DNA of 63,790 nt, filler included, from 7 parts of 7 records of this genome joined end to end with filler, not necessarily neighbours in it; one strand, 5' to 3'; shown: positions 1 to 12,007, numbered from the whole stretch's first letter. Translations and numbers: made by a program. Notes: generated from the letters alone by a model not told the origin.

Positions 1-66
1 AAAAAGATATAGAAAGGATAGTTTCTATTGGTATAAAAAAGTGATAGAAACTAATGGTTCAGAATT

Positions 67-986
67 ATGAAGAACTATATAGCATTTGATGTAGGAGGAA
101 CAAATATCAAATATGGCATTCTTTCTGAAGAGGGTGGAATACTTAAGAAATTTAGTATGAAGACTAGTCAGGTTGGTCAGGAGATATTAGATGATATTTG
201 TAACGCTATAAAAGAAATACAGAAGAGTACAGAAGTATCGGGGGCTGCATTTAGTATACCTGGCTTTATTGATGTAGAGACAGGAACTCTTAATACTGCT
301 GGTGCTTTGATGGACTTATATGGATTGAAATTCAAAGAATATATTGAAAATAAAGTTGAAATTAGAGTGGAAGTTGATAATGATGTAAATTGTGTTGCAC
401 TTGCCGAGAAATGGTTAGGTAATGCAAAAGAGAACACAAATTTTCTTTGCATGACAATTGGGACAGGTATTGGTGGTGCAATTTTCATTGATGACAAATT
501 ATATCGAGGAAGCAAATTCGCTGCGGGAGAGTTTGGATACATGCTCACAGATAACTGTTTTCCTAAAAAAGAGTATCCTACAACGCTTAGTACAACTGGT
601 TCAGTATTCTTTGCAATTAGAAAAAAATATTCACAAAGAAAAAGTTGGATGTTAAGGATGTCTCGGGAGAGGAAGTTTTTGCGAGAGCAGCTAATGGCGA
701 CAGTGATGCAAAAGTTGTAATAGATGATTTTTATAATAGTTTAGCCATTGGAATATATAATTTGATATTCATATTCAATCCCGAAAAGATACTTTTAGGT
801 GGAGCAATTAGTGCAAGAGATGAGTTGTTAGAAAATATTCAGTCAAGAATAAATAAAATTGTTGAAAATGATAGAAGCTTAAGAGGGATTTCAATAGAAA
901 ACTTTGTTGAGCTAGATAGATGTAAATTCAATAATGACTCTGGTATGATTGGAGCATTATACCATTATTTAAGAATAGAGAGATAA
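67..986 (+). CDS. ROK-family sugar kinase (beta-glucoside/glucokinase-like), split by a probable sequencing frameshift at ~640
   Basis: DVGGTNIK phosphate loop, DNDVNC, TIGTGIGG and AGEFG motifs. Adding one A to the A5 run at 639-643 joins ORF 67-720 to ORF 645-986 (…NPEKILLGGAIS…NDSGMIGA). Confidence 0.85.
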
Positions 987-1075
987 AACTCATATAGAGC
1001 GTGTTAACTAATTAAACGATATAATTAAAAAGCATATTTTTTTCAAAAGTCTACCCTTGGTTATTATATATATTT

Positions 1076-1116
1076 AAAGCTTTCTTAATATATTTAAGAA
1101 AGCTTTGTCCTTTTTT
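1076..1116 (+). terminator. Probable intrinsic terminator after the ROK gene
   Basis: AAAGCTTTCTTAA-TATAT-TTAAGAAAGCTTT perfect 13-bp inverted repeat followed by a T-rich tract. Confidence 0.55.
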
Positions 1117-1243
1117 GTATAAATTAATAGACATTTAGCTTCTGATGTTTTAGAATATACAAAGAGTATAAGAACATAATCTAAAGAAAATATAGGAAAT
1201 CAGCTATGAGGGAACACAGTTTGATTTCCATTAGGAGGAATGT

Positions 1244-2215
1244 ATGTATCCATTAAAATTTAAAAAACATTTAGTTAAAAAAGTTTGGGGAGGAAGAGCA
1301 CTACAAGATGTTCTTTCAATAGAGCTACCTGATGATGAGAACTACGGTGAGTCATGGGAGGTAAGTTCTCATAAAAACGGTATGTCTGTTGTACAAAACG
1401 GAGAGTTAGAGGGAAAAACTCTGCAAGAGCTTCTTGAAGAGTACAAAGGTAAACTTGTTGGAGACGATATTTATACTAAATATGAAAATAAATTTCCATT
1501 ATTAATAAAGTATTTGGATATTAATGATAAACTGTCTGTTCAAGTTCACCCTGAGGATGAATATGCGTTAAGAGTAGAGGGTGAGTTCGGTAAAAGTGAA
1601 TGTTGGTTTATCCTAGAGGCTAGCGATGATGCGAAACTTATCCTAGGCACAAAAGAGGGGATGACAAAGGAGCTATTTAAAGAAAAAGCTGATAAAAAGG
1701 ACTTTGACGATATGTTTAATATTGTCCCAGTAAAAAAAGGAGACTTAGTTGTAGTTAAACCTGGATTAGTTCACGCATCATATGAAGGTTCAATCCTCAT
1801 CTGTGAGCCTCAGCAAAATAGTGACACGACTTATAGAATCTATGACTTTGATAGATTAGTTGATGGTAAGTTAAGAGAACTCCACATTGATAAAGCTGTA
1901 GAGGTGATTACATTTGATGAAAAACCAGTTGTATCTACTGAAGAGACTAGAGAAAAAGTAATAAATGGAAGCAGTGAAATTCAACACCTAATTTCAAATG
2001 ATTATTTTGAAATTGAGAAGTTAAAAATTACTGAGGGCTATTCAGAAAAAGCTGAATCAAAGTTCAAAGTTTATTCTATCCTTGATGGAGATGCGGTTCT
2101 GATAAGCGAAGGAAAAGAGTATCAACTAGCAAAAGGGGATACCTACTTTATACCTGCAAACATTGCAGTTGAAGTAAAAGGAAATGTAGAGATATTAAAA
2201 TCATATGCAAATTAG
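1244..2215 (+). CDS. manA: Mannose-6-phosphate isomerase, type I (cupin)
   Basis: KVWGG, GESWE, FPLLIK, LSVQVHP, GKSECW and QNSDTTYRIYD motifs; AGGAGG RBS. Confidence 0.92.
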   Translation: MYPLKFKKHLVKKVWGGRALQDVLSIELPDDENYGESWEVSSHKNGMSVVQNGELEGKTLQELLEEYKGKLVGDDIYTKYENKFPLLIKYLDINDKLSVQVHPEDEYALRVEGEFGKSECWFILEASDDAKLILGTKEGMTKELFKEKADKKDFDDMFNIVPVKKGDLVVVKPGLVHASYEGSILICEPQQNSDTTYRIYDFDRLVDGKLRELHIDKAVEVITFDEKPVVSTEETREKVINGSSEIQHLISNDYFEIEKLKITEGYSEKAESKFKVYSILDGDAVLISEGKEYQLAKGDTYFIPANIAVEVKGNVEILKSYAN

Positions 2216-2225
2216 TAGAAAATAA

Positions 2226-2264
2226 AAAACGGGTAATACTTTTGGTATAAGTATTGCCCGTTTT
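2226..2264. terminator. Bidirectional intrinsic terminator between convergent manA and the GGDEF gene
   Basis: AAAACGGGTAATACTT…AAGTATTGCCCGTTTT hairpin with A/T tails on both sides. Confidence 0.85.
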
Positions 2265-2284
2265 GATTAAGTACACTATTTACT

Positions 2285-3953
2285 TTATAGAGAACTAACT
2301 TGATTCTTACCGTTAGATTTTGATTGGTATAGAGCCTTATCAACCCTTTTGAGAATAGAGAGTTCAGTATCATCTTTTGAAAAACTAGTAACTCCAAAAC
2401 TAGCGGTTTTTCTACCAATGATTTTAAACTTGTGATTGTCAAATATGGATCGTAATTTTTCTGCTAATAAAATGGCATCACTTTTATTAGTTTCATCACA
2501 AAGAATCAGAAACTCTTCACCGCCCCATCTCCCAATTAAATCAGTAACTCGGATGTTTTTTTGAGATAATTCAGCAAATTCGATTAACACAGAGTCGCCA
2601 ACATTGTGCCCAAATTCATCATTAGTTTTTTTAAAATCATCAATATCTATCATAATTAAGGAAAAAGGACGCTCATACCTTCTACATCGAAGTATTTCAA
2701 AGCTTAATGCAGTATCAAGTTTTCTTCTGTTTGCAATACTAGTTAACTTATCAGTTGTTGAGATTTTTTTAAGTTCCTGATTTTTTATCCGAAGTTCTTT
2801 GGTTCTATTTTTAACCTTTATCTCTAGTTGTTCTTTCATATTTTTTAAATATGTTTGCATCTGTCTTTGTTCGAAAATATATAGGAGAAGAGCTACAACA
2901 AGAATTAAGCAGCTAATTAATAATATAAAAAATAACTTTTTATACTTAGTATAGATATCAACTTTATTGATTATAACGCTGTTTTTTGGTACCTGTTTTA
3001 TCGTAATATTTCTTCTTTTCATTTCTCTGTAATCAAACATAAGGGGATTCTTTTGTTCTGTTTGAATTTCTATATCATTTGCAGATATTCCAACTAGTAT
3101 TTTCAAAGCCATTTTTCCCGCTGCTTCCCCTTGAGCAACTCCAGAAGTAATGACTCCTCCAACAATCCCTTTTCCAAAATAAAAATCCCACGAACCATAA
3201 ATAGGCACTTTAGAATAAGTTGATAAGATTTTAATAGCTTCATCATATGAGATAAACTCATTATTTTTATCCCTGTTAAATGCCAATAGATATATTAAGT
3301 AACTGTCGTCTAATTTTTGAATATCCTCTTTTAAACTATCTATTACAAAATCCCTAAAATACTCAAACTCAATACCTGAATAATTCTTTTCAATCGCTTT
3401 AATTTCTTCATAAATCTGATTACCTGTATTTGTTCTATCTAAAATTAATTTGATTTTTCTTTTGTCAGGGTGTAAGGTTAACATAATATCAATGGTTGCT
3501 TTGTAGTCAGTTTTTTCAGTTATTCCTGTGATATTTTCCATATCTTGTATTAAATTTTCTTTGAAATTATTTATTCCACAAAATACAATTGGGATTTTAG
3601 GAAACAATTTACTCCTATACTTCTTGATAAAATCAAGAGCATTGTTGTCACAGACAATAATAACGTCATAACAATTTTTTTTATTTTTACTTGCTAAATG
3701 CTCTATTAATTTCTTTGAGTAGTTTAAGCTATAATTTCTTTTGGTATCGAGATATTCATAATAAATTTCATAGATATTTTTTTGTTTCAAAAACATTTTC
3801 TATTCCTTTTGTGAGATTGTCAGTCCAGGTAAGTCCTTGGTGATATGAATGAAGAACTAATATCTTTTTCTTTCTTTCCAGTCCAAAGATTCTGATATCG
3901 ATTAATGCTATAAAAATGATGGTGAGCAATAAAGTCTTTTTTATAATATACAT
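2285..3953 (-). CDS. Membrane diguanylate cyclase with N-terminal ABC substrate-binding-like sensor domain (frameshift at T7 3777-3783)
   Basis: ILVLHSYHQGLTW N-terminus (ORF 3768-3953) joins YYEYLDTKR…PIVFCGIN. One TM helix, DKLTSIANR, RxxD I-site (RVTD) and GGEEF active site. Confidence 0.88.
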
Positions 3954-4131
3954 AGCATTCCCCTTTTCTTTTTACTAAAAATACCTTATGAATATATTAA
4001 TTTATTAAGAGAATAAATTAATATTCACTATATATATTAGTTCAAAAACCACTAAAAATCAAAGGTTTTGAAGATAGTTAATCATTTAGAAAAAAGAAAA
4101 TGTAGTTTTGAAACTAGAGAATTTAATTAGC

Positions 4132-4164
4132 AAAAAAGGCAGCATTCCCAATTGGAATACTGCC
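4132..4164 (-). terminator. Intrinsic terminator of psuK-psuG
   Basis: GGCAGCATTCC-CAATT-GGAATACTGCC stem, followed on the minus strand by T6. Confidence 0.8.
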
Positions 4165-4179
4165 CGCTTTATATAAAAA

Positions 4180-5103
4180 TTATTTAGAGATCTCTGCTAA
4201 CTGAACAGCTAATTTTGAGGCTAATCTAGCGTTGTTATAAACTAACTGGATATTTGAATCAAGACTTTTTCCAGCAGTAATATCTTTTACTTTTGCTAAT
4301 AGGAAAGGAGTACTTTCTTTTCCTTTGATTCCTTTTTCATCAGCTTCAACTAGAGCATTTTCAATCGCTTTAGTGATTAGATCATAATCCATTTGAAATT
4401 TCTCAGGAATAGGATTAGCGATTACCATTCCACCCTTTAATCCAAGATCAGCTTTAACTTTTACAGCTTGAGCTAACTCATCTACAGAATCGACTCTGTA
4501 GTCAACGTTAAATCCACTTTTTCTAGTATAAAATGCAGGTAATTCCTCTGTTTCATATCCAACTACAGGAACTCCGTTAGTTTCCAGGTACTCAAGAGTT
4601 AATCCTATATCAAGTATTGATTTAGCTCCAGCACAAACTACGGTAACACTTGTATTTGCTAACTCTTGAAGATCAGCGGAGATATCAAATGATTCTTGAG
4701 CTCCTCTGTGAACCCCACCAATTCCACCTGTAGCGAATATTTTAACTCCAGCTAGGTTAGCTATAATCATAGTTGATGCAACTGTTGTAGCACCATCTAG
4801 TTGTTTAGCAACTATAAATGGAATATCTCTCCTACTTGTTTTTACTACATCCAATCCTTTTTTACCCAATGTATCTATTTCGTCTTTTGAAAGACCTACT
4901 TTTAATTTTCCATTTAAAATTGCTATAGTTGCTGGAATAGCTCCATTTTCTCTAACAATTTCCTCAACTTTTAGAGCTGTTTCAACATTTTGAGGGTAAG
5001 GCATTCCATGTGAGATAATAGTTGATTCAAGTGCAACAACTGCTTTCCCCTCATTCAATGCTTTTTGTACCCCCGCACTAACTTCTAAATATTTTTCTAA
5101 CAT
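4180..5103 (-). CDS. psuG: Pseudouridine-5'-phosphate glycosidase
   Basis: VVALESTIISHGMPYP, KTSRRD, ATTVASTM, TGGIGGVHRG, DISADL and GAKSILD signatures. Confidence 0.96.
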   Translation of the reverse strand: MLEKYLEVSAGVQKALNEGKAVVALESTIISHGMPYPQNVETALKVEEIVRENGAIPATIAILNGKLKVGLSKDEIDTLGKKGLDVVKTSRRDIPFIVAKQLDGATTVASTMIIANLAGVKIFATGGIGGVHRGAQESFDISADLQELANTSVTVVCAGAKSILDIGLTLEYLETNGVPVVGYETEELPAFYTRKSGFNVDYRVDSVDELAQAVKVKADLGLKGGMVIANPIPEKFQMDYDLITKAIENALVEADEKGIKGKESTPFLLAKVKDITAGKSLDSNIQLVYNNARLASKLAVQLAEISK

Positions 5104-6191
5104 ATTTCCAACTCCTTTATTAGATAATTTATATTCTCTATATTCATATTTGGGTTAATTGTATCTTCATGTTGTATTGCCATTACTGATGCCGCCATGG
5201 CAATTTTTGTACTTGTTTCTATATCGATTTTATGGAAATGGCTATATGCCAGCCCAGCTAAAAAAGCATCACCTGCGCCAGTGCTATTGACAGCTTGAAC
5301 CTCTTTTGATTTTAAAAGTTTATGAGCTTTTCCGTTATTATAGAATACTCCTTTTTTCCCCAATGTTATAAATACATTTTTTACACCTTCATTTATAAAG
5401 TGTTCAGATGCCTTAATTAAATCTTCATTGTTTTCAATTTTGATTCCTGATAAAATCTCGGCTTCGATTTTGTTTGGTTTAATTGTATGGAAATGCTGTA
5501 TCAAGTCTTTAATTTTTTTGGCTTTTGTTGTTGAAACAGTATCAATAAATAGATCAACTCCATCAGCGTTCTCAATTATGTATTCTATGCTTTCCCTTGG
5601 AATGTTTGTATCAACTATACAAAGACTAGCACCTTTGATAATGTTAATTTTTTGCTTAATCAACTCTGGAGTCATATTCTCAAAGATTCCCATAGAAGCT
5701 ATTGCTACAGCCATGTCACCCTTACCATCTAATACTGATAAATATGTAGATGTAGATTGGTTCTCTAAGACAATAGAATCATTCATATTAAGTCCAATCT
5801 CTTTGGCATGTTGAACTATCTTATCACCATAGATATCATTAGCAATAACTGTAATTAATTTTGTATCCACACCAAGTCTGGTTAAATTTTCTCCTATGTT
5901 TCTTCCTACTCCTCCTAATGAAATTTTCATTTCACCTGGATTTGAGTCATTAAAGATTAGCTCATCTTTTGGAAAACCTTGCAAATCCATATTTGCGCCA
6001 CCTATAATGACAATATACGGAGTTTCATTTAATAGGTATCCCTTTCCTATAATATGACCTTTTTTAGTTAAATTACTAATATGAACAGCCGCAGATGAAC
6101 GAGTGATACTTAGTTTATCAGCGATCTCTTGCTGTGATATTAAAGGGTTACTTTTGATTAATTCTAATATTTCTAATTCTCTATTAGTCAT
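5097..6191 (-). CDS. psuK: Pseudouridine kinase (N-terminal HTH + PfkB domain)
   Basis: HTH (SQQEIADKLSITRSSAAVHISNL), GGVGRNIGENL and NSTGAGDAF motifs; overlaps the psuG start. Confidence 0.9.
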   Translation of the reverse strand: MTNRELEILELIKSNPLISQQEIADKLSITRSSAAVHISNLTKKGHIIGKGYLLNETPYIVIIGGANMDLQGFPKDELIFNDSNPGEMKISLGGVGRNIGENLTRLGVDTKLITVIANDIYGDKIVQHAKEIGLNMNDSIVLENQSTSTYLSVLDGKGDMAVAIASMGIFENMTPELIKQKINIIKGASLCIVDTNIPRESIEYIIENADGVDLFIDTVSTTKAKKIKDLIQHFHTIKPNKIEAEILSGIKIENNEDLIKASEHFINEGVKNVFITLGKKGVFYNNGKAHKLLKSKEVQAVNSTGAGDAFLAGLAYSHFHKIDIETSTKIAMAASVMAIQHEDTINPNMNIENINYLIKELEIC

Positions 6192-6200
6192 ACAACCACC

Positions 6201-6269
6201 TAAACTTATGTTTATAGAGTAAACTTATGTTTACAGATATAGTGTACTATACTATTTATTAAATTTCAA
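6201..6269 (-). promoter_or_regulatory. psuK promoter (TTGAAA-N17-TACACT) followed by two tandem 14-bp palindromic operator-like sites
   Basis: -35 at 6264-6269 and -10 at 6241-6246 on the minus strand; TAAACTTATGTTTA at 6201-6214 and 6220-6233. Confidence 0.7.
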
Positions 6270-6681
6270 CTATTTTTTTAAGTTCTGTTAAATTTATTAA
6301 AAAATCCAATGTGCAGTTAATTGACTTTTTTTATAAAATGTCAATTTTGACATAGAAAAAATCTTTATTTTTCATAATGGAGAGAGATATGTTGGAAATA
6401 AATAAATTTTTTTTTATCATTTTTTAAAAGAATTTAAATAGGAATAGTTTAGATGTTTGATCAAAGTGTTTGCAGTTTTGATGGCTTTTTCCGATTATTG
6501 CCATTTATAAACTTATAGAGCTTAATTGATAAATATGGTAGAAAAAAGTTGTTTGTAACCTTTTATTTGCATTTTAGGTTAAAAATTAGCTATAATTTAT
6601 TACCGATTTGTGGCTAGCGTGTTGAGTGAATGGGGATGCAGCCAAAAGATTGGCAAAAATAAAAATGGGAGGATACAAAAT

Positions 6682-8100
6682 ATGAAATTGAAAAACAAAA
6701 TTTTATTACCAACATCAGTTACAATAGTCATAGGTTTAGGGATTTTAATAAGTTTAACAATTCTGCAAATAGCACTAGAGTTAATGCCGGAAACAGTTGA
6801 GGCTCAATTATCATCGCAACTAAATACGATGGTTCATGTAATTATGGAAGAGCAAAGATTAACAGGGGAGATAAACAAAAAAACAACAGAGAAAATGCTG
6901 TATCTGGCAGAAGTTTTGTCAGAGGAAATAGCAGAAGATAAAAATCTAATGACTAAAGAAAATCTAAATAAACTTGCAAGAGAGTATGAAATTGACGAAA
7001 TTCACCTTACTGATGAAAAAGGAGTTATTGAATATAGTACACAAGATTTTGTGGGATTTGATTTTAAAATAAATGAACAAACACTACCATTTATTGATAT
7101 TATAGATGGGAAAATTAAAAAACTTGCTCAAAAACCATCTAGAAGAGCGCTTGATGGAAAACTATTCCAATACATAGGTGTTCCGCGAAAAGATCAAGCT
7201 GGAATATTTCAAGTTGGTAATGGACATTTAGAGGATATTAACTATAAAAGAATAATTGAGATAAGCCAAATTGGAAAAAATGGATATATGTACATATTGA
7301 GTATGGATGGAGAGGTTTTATATCACCCAAGCCAAGATTTAATAGGAACGGATATGAAAGAGATCATACCGGATTTTGCTTCAATGGCAAATCAAGGAGA
7401 GGGGCTTTTCAACTATAAGCATGGGGGAGTACCTAAACATGGAGCATATAAAATTTATGATGGAATGATTTTTGTGTTGAGTTACCCCAAAACAGAATAT
7501 ATTCCATTTGTTAATAAAATTATATTTCAAATGTTGATACTAACATTGCTGATTTTAGTTGTCTTAATTCTAACTATATATATTGGTGTATCAAAATTGG
7601 TAAAACCACTTGATTCTATTGTTAATTCAATGAGTGAAGCAGGAAAAGGAAACCTTAAAATAGTTTCGGAGATTAATTCAAAAGATGAAATTGGAGAGTT
7701 GTCGATAAACTTTAACCATATGATTGGCAATATAAAAGAGTTGATCCATAATTCAAAATCTACAGTTGAAGGTGTAAGTCAGGAATCAGTGGTAATGTTA
7801 GATAATGTAAGGAAGATGCGTGAATCAAACGCTGAAGTGCTTTTATCAATAAAAGAGATATCATCAGGAACAATGATTCAATCTGAAGAAACTACAAAAA
7901 CTCTAGAGGCAACATACTCATTTTCAGAAAAAATAGAGGAGATTCTTGGTAAAATTCAAGGAGTTGTTGAAAACACTTCTGAAATGCAAGAGAATAATAA
8001 AACGGGAATAGATAATATAGTTGAACTTCAGGAAAAATTTAGTAACAACGTAAAAATAACTGAGACAGTTGCAAATGAGATAAAACAATTATCTGAAAAA
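6682..8100 (+). CDS. Methyl-accepting chemotaxis protein (Cache sensor, HAMP), 3' truncated by contig end
   Basis: GGGAGG RBS before ATG 6682; two TM helices; GKNGYMYILSMDGEVLYHP Cache motif; DEIGELSINFNHM HAMP; start of MCP coiled coil. Confidence 0.88.
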
Positions 8101-8200
8101 NNNNNNNNNNNNNNNNNNNNNNNNNNNNNNNNNNNNNNNNNNNNTTAATTAATTAANNNNNNNNNNNNNNNNNNNNNNNNNNNNNNNNNNNNNNNNNNNN
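8101..8200. other. Artificial contig spacer (identical spacers at 16322-16421, 28824-28923, 44091-44190, 52754-52853, 58659-58758)
   Basis: N44-TTAATTAATTAA-N44 puts stops in all six frames; genes are cut at the edges. Confidence 0.98.
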
Positions 8201-8309
8201 CTGCTTGCGCAAAAGCAATCGCAATAGCCCGTCCTAATCCTCGACTTGCTCCGGTAACAAGGGCTGTTTTTCCATTCAGCTGAAATTTTTCCAGGATATT
8301 CATATTCAT
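8201..8309 (-). CDS. SDR oxidoreductase (KduD/gluconate-5-dehydrogenase-like), N-terminal fragment only
   Basis: FQLNGKTALVTGASRGLGRAIA Rossmann motif running into the gap. Confidence 0.8.
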
Positions 8310-8326
8310 CACAAATTTAATATAAT

Positions 8327-8356
8327 ATGGCAGGCGCACTATTTTGTGCCTGCCAT
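8327..8356. terminator. Strong hairpin between gnd and the downstream SDR (terminator or mRNA-stabilising stem)
   Basis: ATGGCAGGCGCA-CTATTT-TGTGCCTGCCAT; no strong U tract. Confidence 0.5.
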
Positions 8357-8372
8357 TCGTAACAGTACTTTT

Positions 8373-9794
8373 CTAGTCTGCGAGCCATTCTGTATGAAAG
8401 AATTCGCCACGTGCCTTATCTACTCGTTCGTAGGTATGGGCACCAAAATAATCACGCTGTGCCTGTAACAGGTTCGCCGGAAGACTCTCTGTACGATAAC
8501 TGTCATAATATGCCAGGGCACTGCTAAATGCAGGAACGGGTATTCCCAATTCTACTGCTTTAGCCACGACTTTACGCCAGGCTATCTGATTCTCTTCAAT
8601 GGCAGCCTTAAAATAAGGATCCAATAATAAATTAGCCAGATCAGGTTGTTTGTCAAAGGCTTCCTTTATTTTTCCAAGGAATTGCGCGCGAATAATACAT
8701 CCACCACGCCACATAAGTGCGATTTCACCATTTTTGAGGTCCCAATTATACTCGTTTGCGGCAGCTCTCATCAACTGATAACCCTGCGCATAGGAACAAA
8801 TCTTGGAAGCATAGAGTGCTTTTCGAATCATCTCAATGAATTCTTCTTTATCACCTTCAAATGTCGCAGAAGGACCATTCAACACTTTTGACGCTTCAAC
8901 ACGTTCTTCTTTTATAGCACTAATGAATCGTGCAAAAACAGCCTCAGCAACAGTTGGAGCTGACACGCCCAGATCCAGGGCAGCCTGACTTGTCCATTTA
9001 CCGGTACCCTTTTGTCCGGCTGTATCCAGAATAACATCAACCATAGGTTTGCCTGTTTCAGGATCCGTTTTTCCCATAATATCACGTGTAATCTCGATCA
9101 AATAACTGTCAAGTTCACCTTTATTCCACTCTTCAAATACATCATGCATTTCAGTTGCGCTCATACCTAACGCGTTTTTCATGATTGTATAAGCTTCACA
9201 AATCATCTGCATGTCACCATACTCAATGCCATTGTGAACCATTTTCACAAAGTGACCGGCTCCATCACGACCGACCCATTCACAACATGGTGAACCGTCT
9301 TCAACTTTGGCAGAAATATCCTGAAAAATAGGTTTTACAAATGGCCATGCTTCATCAGAACCACCGGGCATGATGGACGGGCCTTTTAATGCACCTTCTT
9401 CTCCACCTGATACACCTGTTCCGATAAACAGGATACCTTTATCTTCCAGATAACTCGTTCGACGAATAGTATCCGGGAAATGACTGTTACCACCATCGAT
9501 AATAATATCACCTTTTTCCAGGTAAGGAAGGACCAATTCAATAAAATCATCGACCGGTTTTCCAGCTTTCACCATAAGCATAACCTTACGTGGTCGTTGC
9601 AGACTGGCACACAATTCTTCAATACTGTGACACCCCTTAATATTTTTACCCTGGGCTCTGTTTTGCATAAATACATCAACTTTACTGACTGTTCTGTTAA
9701 AAACAGCCACAGAATAATCCCGACTTTCCATATTTAACACAAGATTTTCACCCATTACGGCGAGGCCAATCAGGCCAATGTCGTACGTGCTCAT
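8373..9794 (-). CDS. gnd: 6-phosphogluconate dehydrogenase, decarboxylating (NADP)
   Basis: [44 protein letters not shown] and [21 protein letters not shown] before ATG 9794. Confidence 0.97.
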   Translation of the reverse strand: MSTYDIGLIGLAVMGENLVLNMESRDYSVAVFNRTVSKVDVFMQNRAQGKNIKGCHSIEELCASLQRPRKVMLMVKAGKPVDDFIELVLPYLEKGDIIIDGGNSHFPDTIRRTSYLEDKGILFIGTGVSGGEEGALKGPSIMPGGSDEAWPFVKPIFQDISAKVEDGSPCCEWVGRDGAGHFVKMVHNGIEYGDMQMICEAYTIMKNALGMSATEMHDVFEEWNKGELDSYLIEITRDIMGKTDPETGKPMVDVILDTAGQKGTGKWTSQAALDLGVSAPTVAEAVFARFISAIKEERVEASKVLNGPSATFEGDKEEFIEMIRKALYASKICSYAQGYQLMRAAANEYNWDLKNGEIALMWRGGCIIRAQFLGKIKEAFDKQPDLANLLLDPYFKAAIEENQIAWRKVVAKAVELGIPVPAFSSALAYYDSYRTESLPANLLQAQRDYFGAHTYERVDKARGEFFHTEWLAD

Positions 9795-9931
9795 TTTGTT
9801 CACTCCTTCAATACAATAATACAAATTACAAAATTAGATTCCTTGATTTATAAATTTACAACAAAAATAAGAAACAACATGTAATTGCAAGGATATATGT
9901 TACTGAAACACCCTTTGCACATCAAAAAATA

Positions 9932-10711
9932 TTATATAGTCATTGCCGTGTAACCGCCATCAACTCGAACCACGGAACCAGTAACAAAAGAAGAAGCATT
10001 TTCTGAGGCCAACCATACAACGGCACCGGCAAGTTCTTCAGATTCACCGAATCGATCCATGGGTGTATGGCGCATAATATCAGCAACTCTTTCCTCTGTC
10101 AGGATCTTCCGGTTTTGTTCGGCAGGAAAAAATCCAGGTGCAACAGCATTAACTCGGACACCTTGTGTTGCCCATTCACGTGCTAAAAATTGAGTCATAT
10201 TATTGACACCTGCTTTTGTCACACTATAAGTAAAAACCTTTGACAAAGGAATACTTGATGAAGCAGATGAGATATTAATGATACTTCCTTTAACATTATT
10301 TTTAATCATCTTTTCGCCAAATACCTGACATGCAAGAAACATACTTTTTAAATTTACATCAAGAATTTTCTGCCATTCCTGCTCTGAAATCTCAAAAAAA
10401 GGTGTGCTGGAATTAATGCCTGGGGCATTTATTAATATAGATGTAGAGCCTAATTCTGCTTTAATTTTTTCTTCAGCTTTTATTAAACCTTCTTTGGAAG
10501 TTGCATCTACAATGATAGCAATAGATTTGACGCCCAGAGCTTTGATGGATTCGGACATCTTTTCAGCATTTTCTGTGTTTAAATCTAAAATAGCTATATC
10601 TGCACCTGCTTTGGCTAATCCATGTGCCATAGAACCGGCCAGCACTCCACCGCCGCCGATTACAGCTGCCACTTTGCCTTTTAAACTAAACATCTCTTCA
10701 ACATAACTCAT
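9932..10711 (-). CDS. SDR oxidoreductase, D-mannonate oxidoreductase (SDR-type UxuB) / gluconate-5-DH-like
   Basis: GGGGVLAG, YxxxK (YSVTK), VNAVAPGFFPAEQNR, TPMDRFG and VDGG motifs. Confidence 0.8.
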   Translation of the reverse strand: MSYVEEMFSLKGKVAAVIGGGGVLAGSMAHGLAKAGADIAILDLNTENAEKMSESIKALGVKSIAIIVDATSKEGLIKAEEKIKAELGSTSILINAPGINSSTPFFEISEQEWQKILDVNLKSMFLACQVFGEKMIKNNVKGSIINISSASSSIPLSKVFTYSVTKAGVNNMTQFLAREWATQGVRVNAVAPGFFPAEQNRKILTEERVADIMRHTPMDRFGESEELAGAVVWLASENASSFVTGSVVRVDGGYTAMTI

Positions 10712-10856
10712 GGTGATGACTCCTCTAGAGTATTTTGGTTCATAAAACAACTAACACGACAGGTATATTCATGTCGTCAATATTCAATAAAATAATTCAT
10801 AATAAAATTTCGGTTATAATTATGGGTGCTCATCCAGGATCATAAATGTAATTTAT

Positions 10857-11935
10857 TCACCCTTCACACGCCTCATCGTTCGGATCATTAATTGAAGAAA
10901 TTTTACCTTTAACCGCTGATCCGCAACTTTCACGAACAATTAACCGTGTGGGTAACAAAACCTTTTGTATGGGTGTTGTTACGCTGCTCTTACTGTTTTT
11001 ATCAGCAATCCTCTTTAAGAGAATTTCAGCTGCCACGCGTCCGATTTTTCGTGCGGGTTGCTCAACTGTTGTCAGCGCTGTTTCAAGATAAGCGGACACA
11101 CCAGCATCATCAAATCCAACAACAGCTACATTTTCCGGTACATTTAGCCCGGACTCTACCATTGCGCGAATAAAACCTGTTGCAACCTGATCATTGTAAC
11201 AAAAAACACCGTCAGGACATTTCTGATGCTGTTGCACCATTTTTTTCCGGCACGGTATCCATCTTCCAACCGCCAGCCTCCCTTTAGAATAAGGTCATCT
11301 TTCGATACGATATCATACGTGGCCAAAGCCTGTTGATAACCACGCATACGTCTATCATTGGCGAGTGCCGTATCCGGACCGGAAATATAGGCAACACATT
11401 TTCGGCCTTGTTTGATCAGATGTTGTGTCGCTTCAAAGGCACCCTTTTCATCATCAGCTCGTATAAGATCAGCCTCGATACCAGGAACTTCAGCTAATAG
11501 TGCAAAGGGGTAATTCTCTTTTTTTAATTCCCAGATATGACCCAAATCAACACCCTTTTGAATCGGAAATATGATAAGTCCATCTACTCGTCTGCGTTTT
11601 AACAGACTGACTTTTGATACTTCCAATTCCCATTGCTGCCGGCTATTTCCAATAATAACGTTGTAGCCACTTTCTGAACAAGCTTCTTCAACCCCTATAG
11701 CAATCTTGCCATAAAGTGGATTCGTTATATCCTTTACAATCAAGCCCAAAATTCCGGTTTGTTTTAATGTTAAAGCACGAGCAATTTCATTAGGCTTGTA
11801 GTTGTGCTTTTCAATTATTTCCAGAACACGCTTTTTCGTTTTGGCGCTAACCAGGGGGCTATTATTCAACACGCCGGAGACAGTTGCCCGTGAGACTCCG
11901 GCGAGCCTTGCTATGTCCGAGATCGTCATTGCCAT
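10857..11935 (-). CDS. LacI-family transcriptional regulator (frameshift at T7 11240-11246)
   Basis: TISDIARLAGVSRATVSGVLN HTH and YKPNEIARAL hinge; continuation carries DGVFCYND, VVGFDD, LTTVEQP and LIVRES. Confidence 0.92.
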
Positions 11936-11937
11936 AA

Positions 11938-11955
11938 ATTTGAACCGATTTAAAT
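11938..11955. promoter_or_regulatory. LacI-type operator upstream of the regulator gene
   Basis: ATTTGAACCGATTTAAAT, 17/18 identical to the reverse complement of 14960-14977. Confidence 0.75.
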
Positions 11956-12007
11956 ACTTTTTAAAACTTTATTTTCTAAAATATCCCTGTGTTTAGACTC
12001 TTACCTG

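Noticed and set aside
995-1015. TAGAGCGTGTTAAC resembling an IS5-type end
   Set aside because: No partner inverted repeat or transposase was found.
8101-8200. TTAATTAATTAA motif recurring six times
   Set aside because: Embedded in fixed N-runs; it is an artificial six-frame-stop linker, not a biological repeat.
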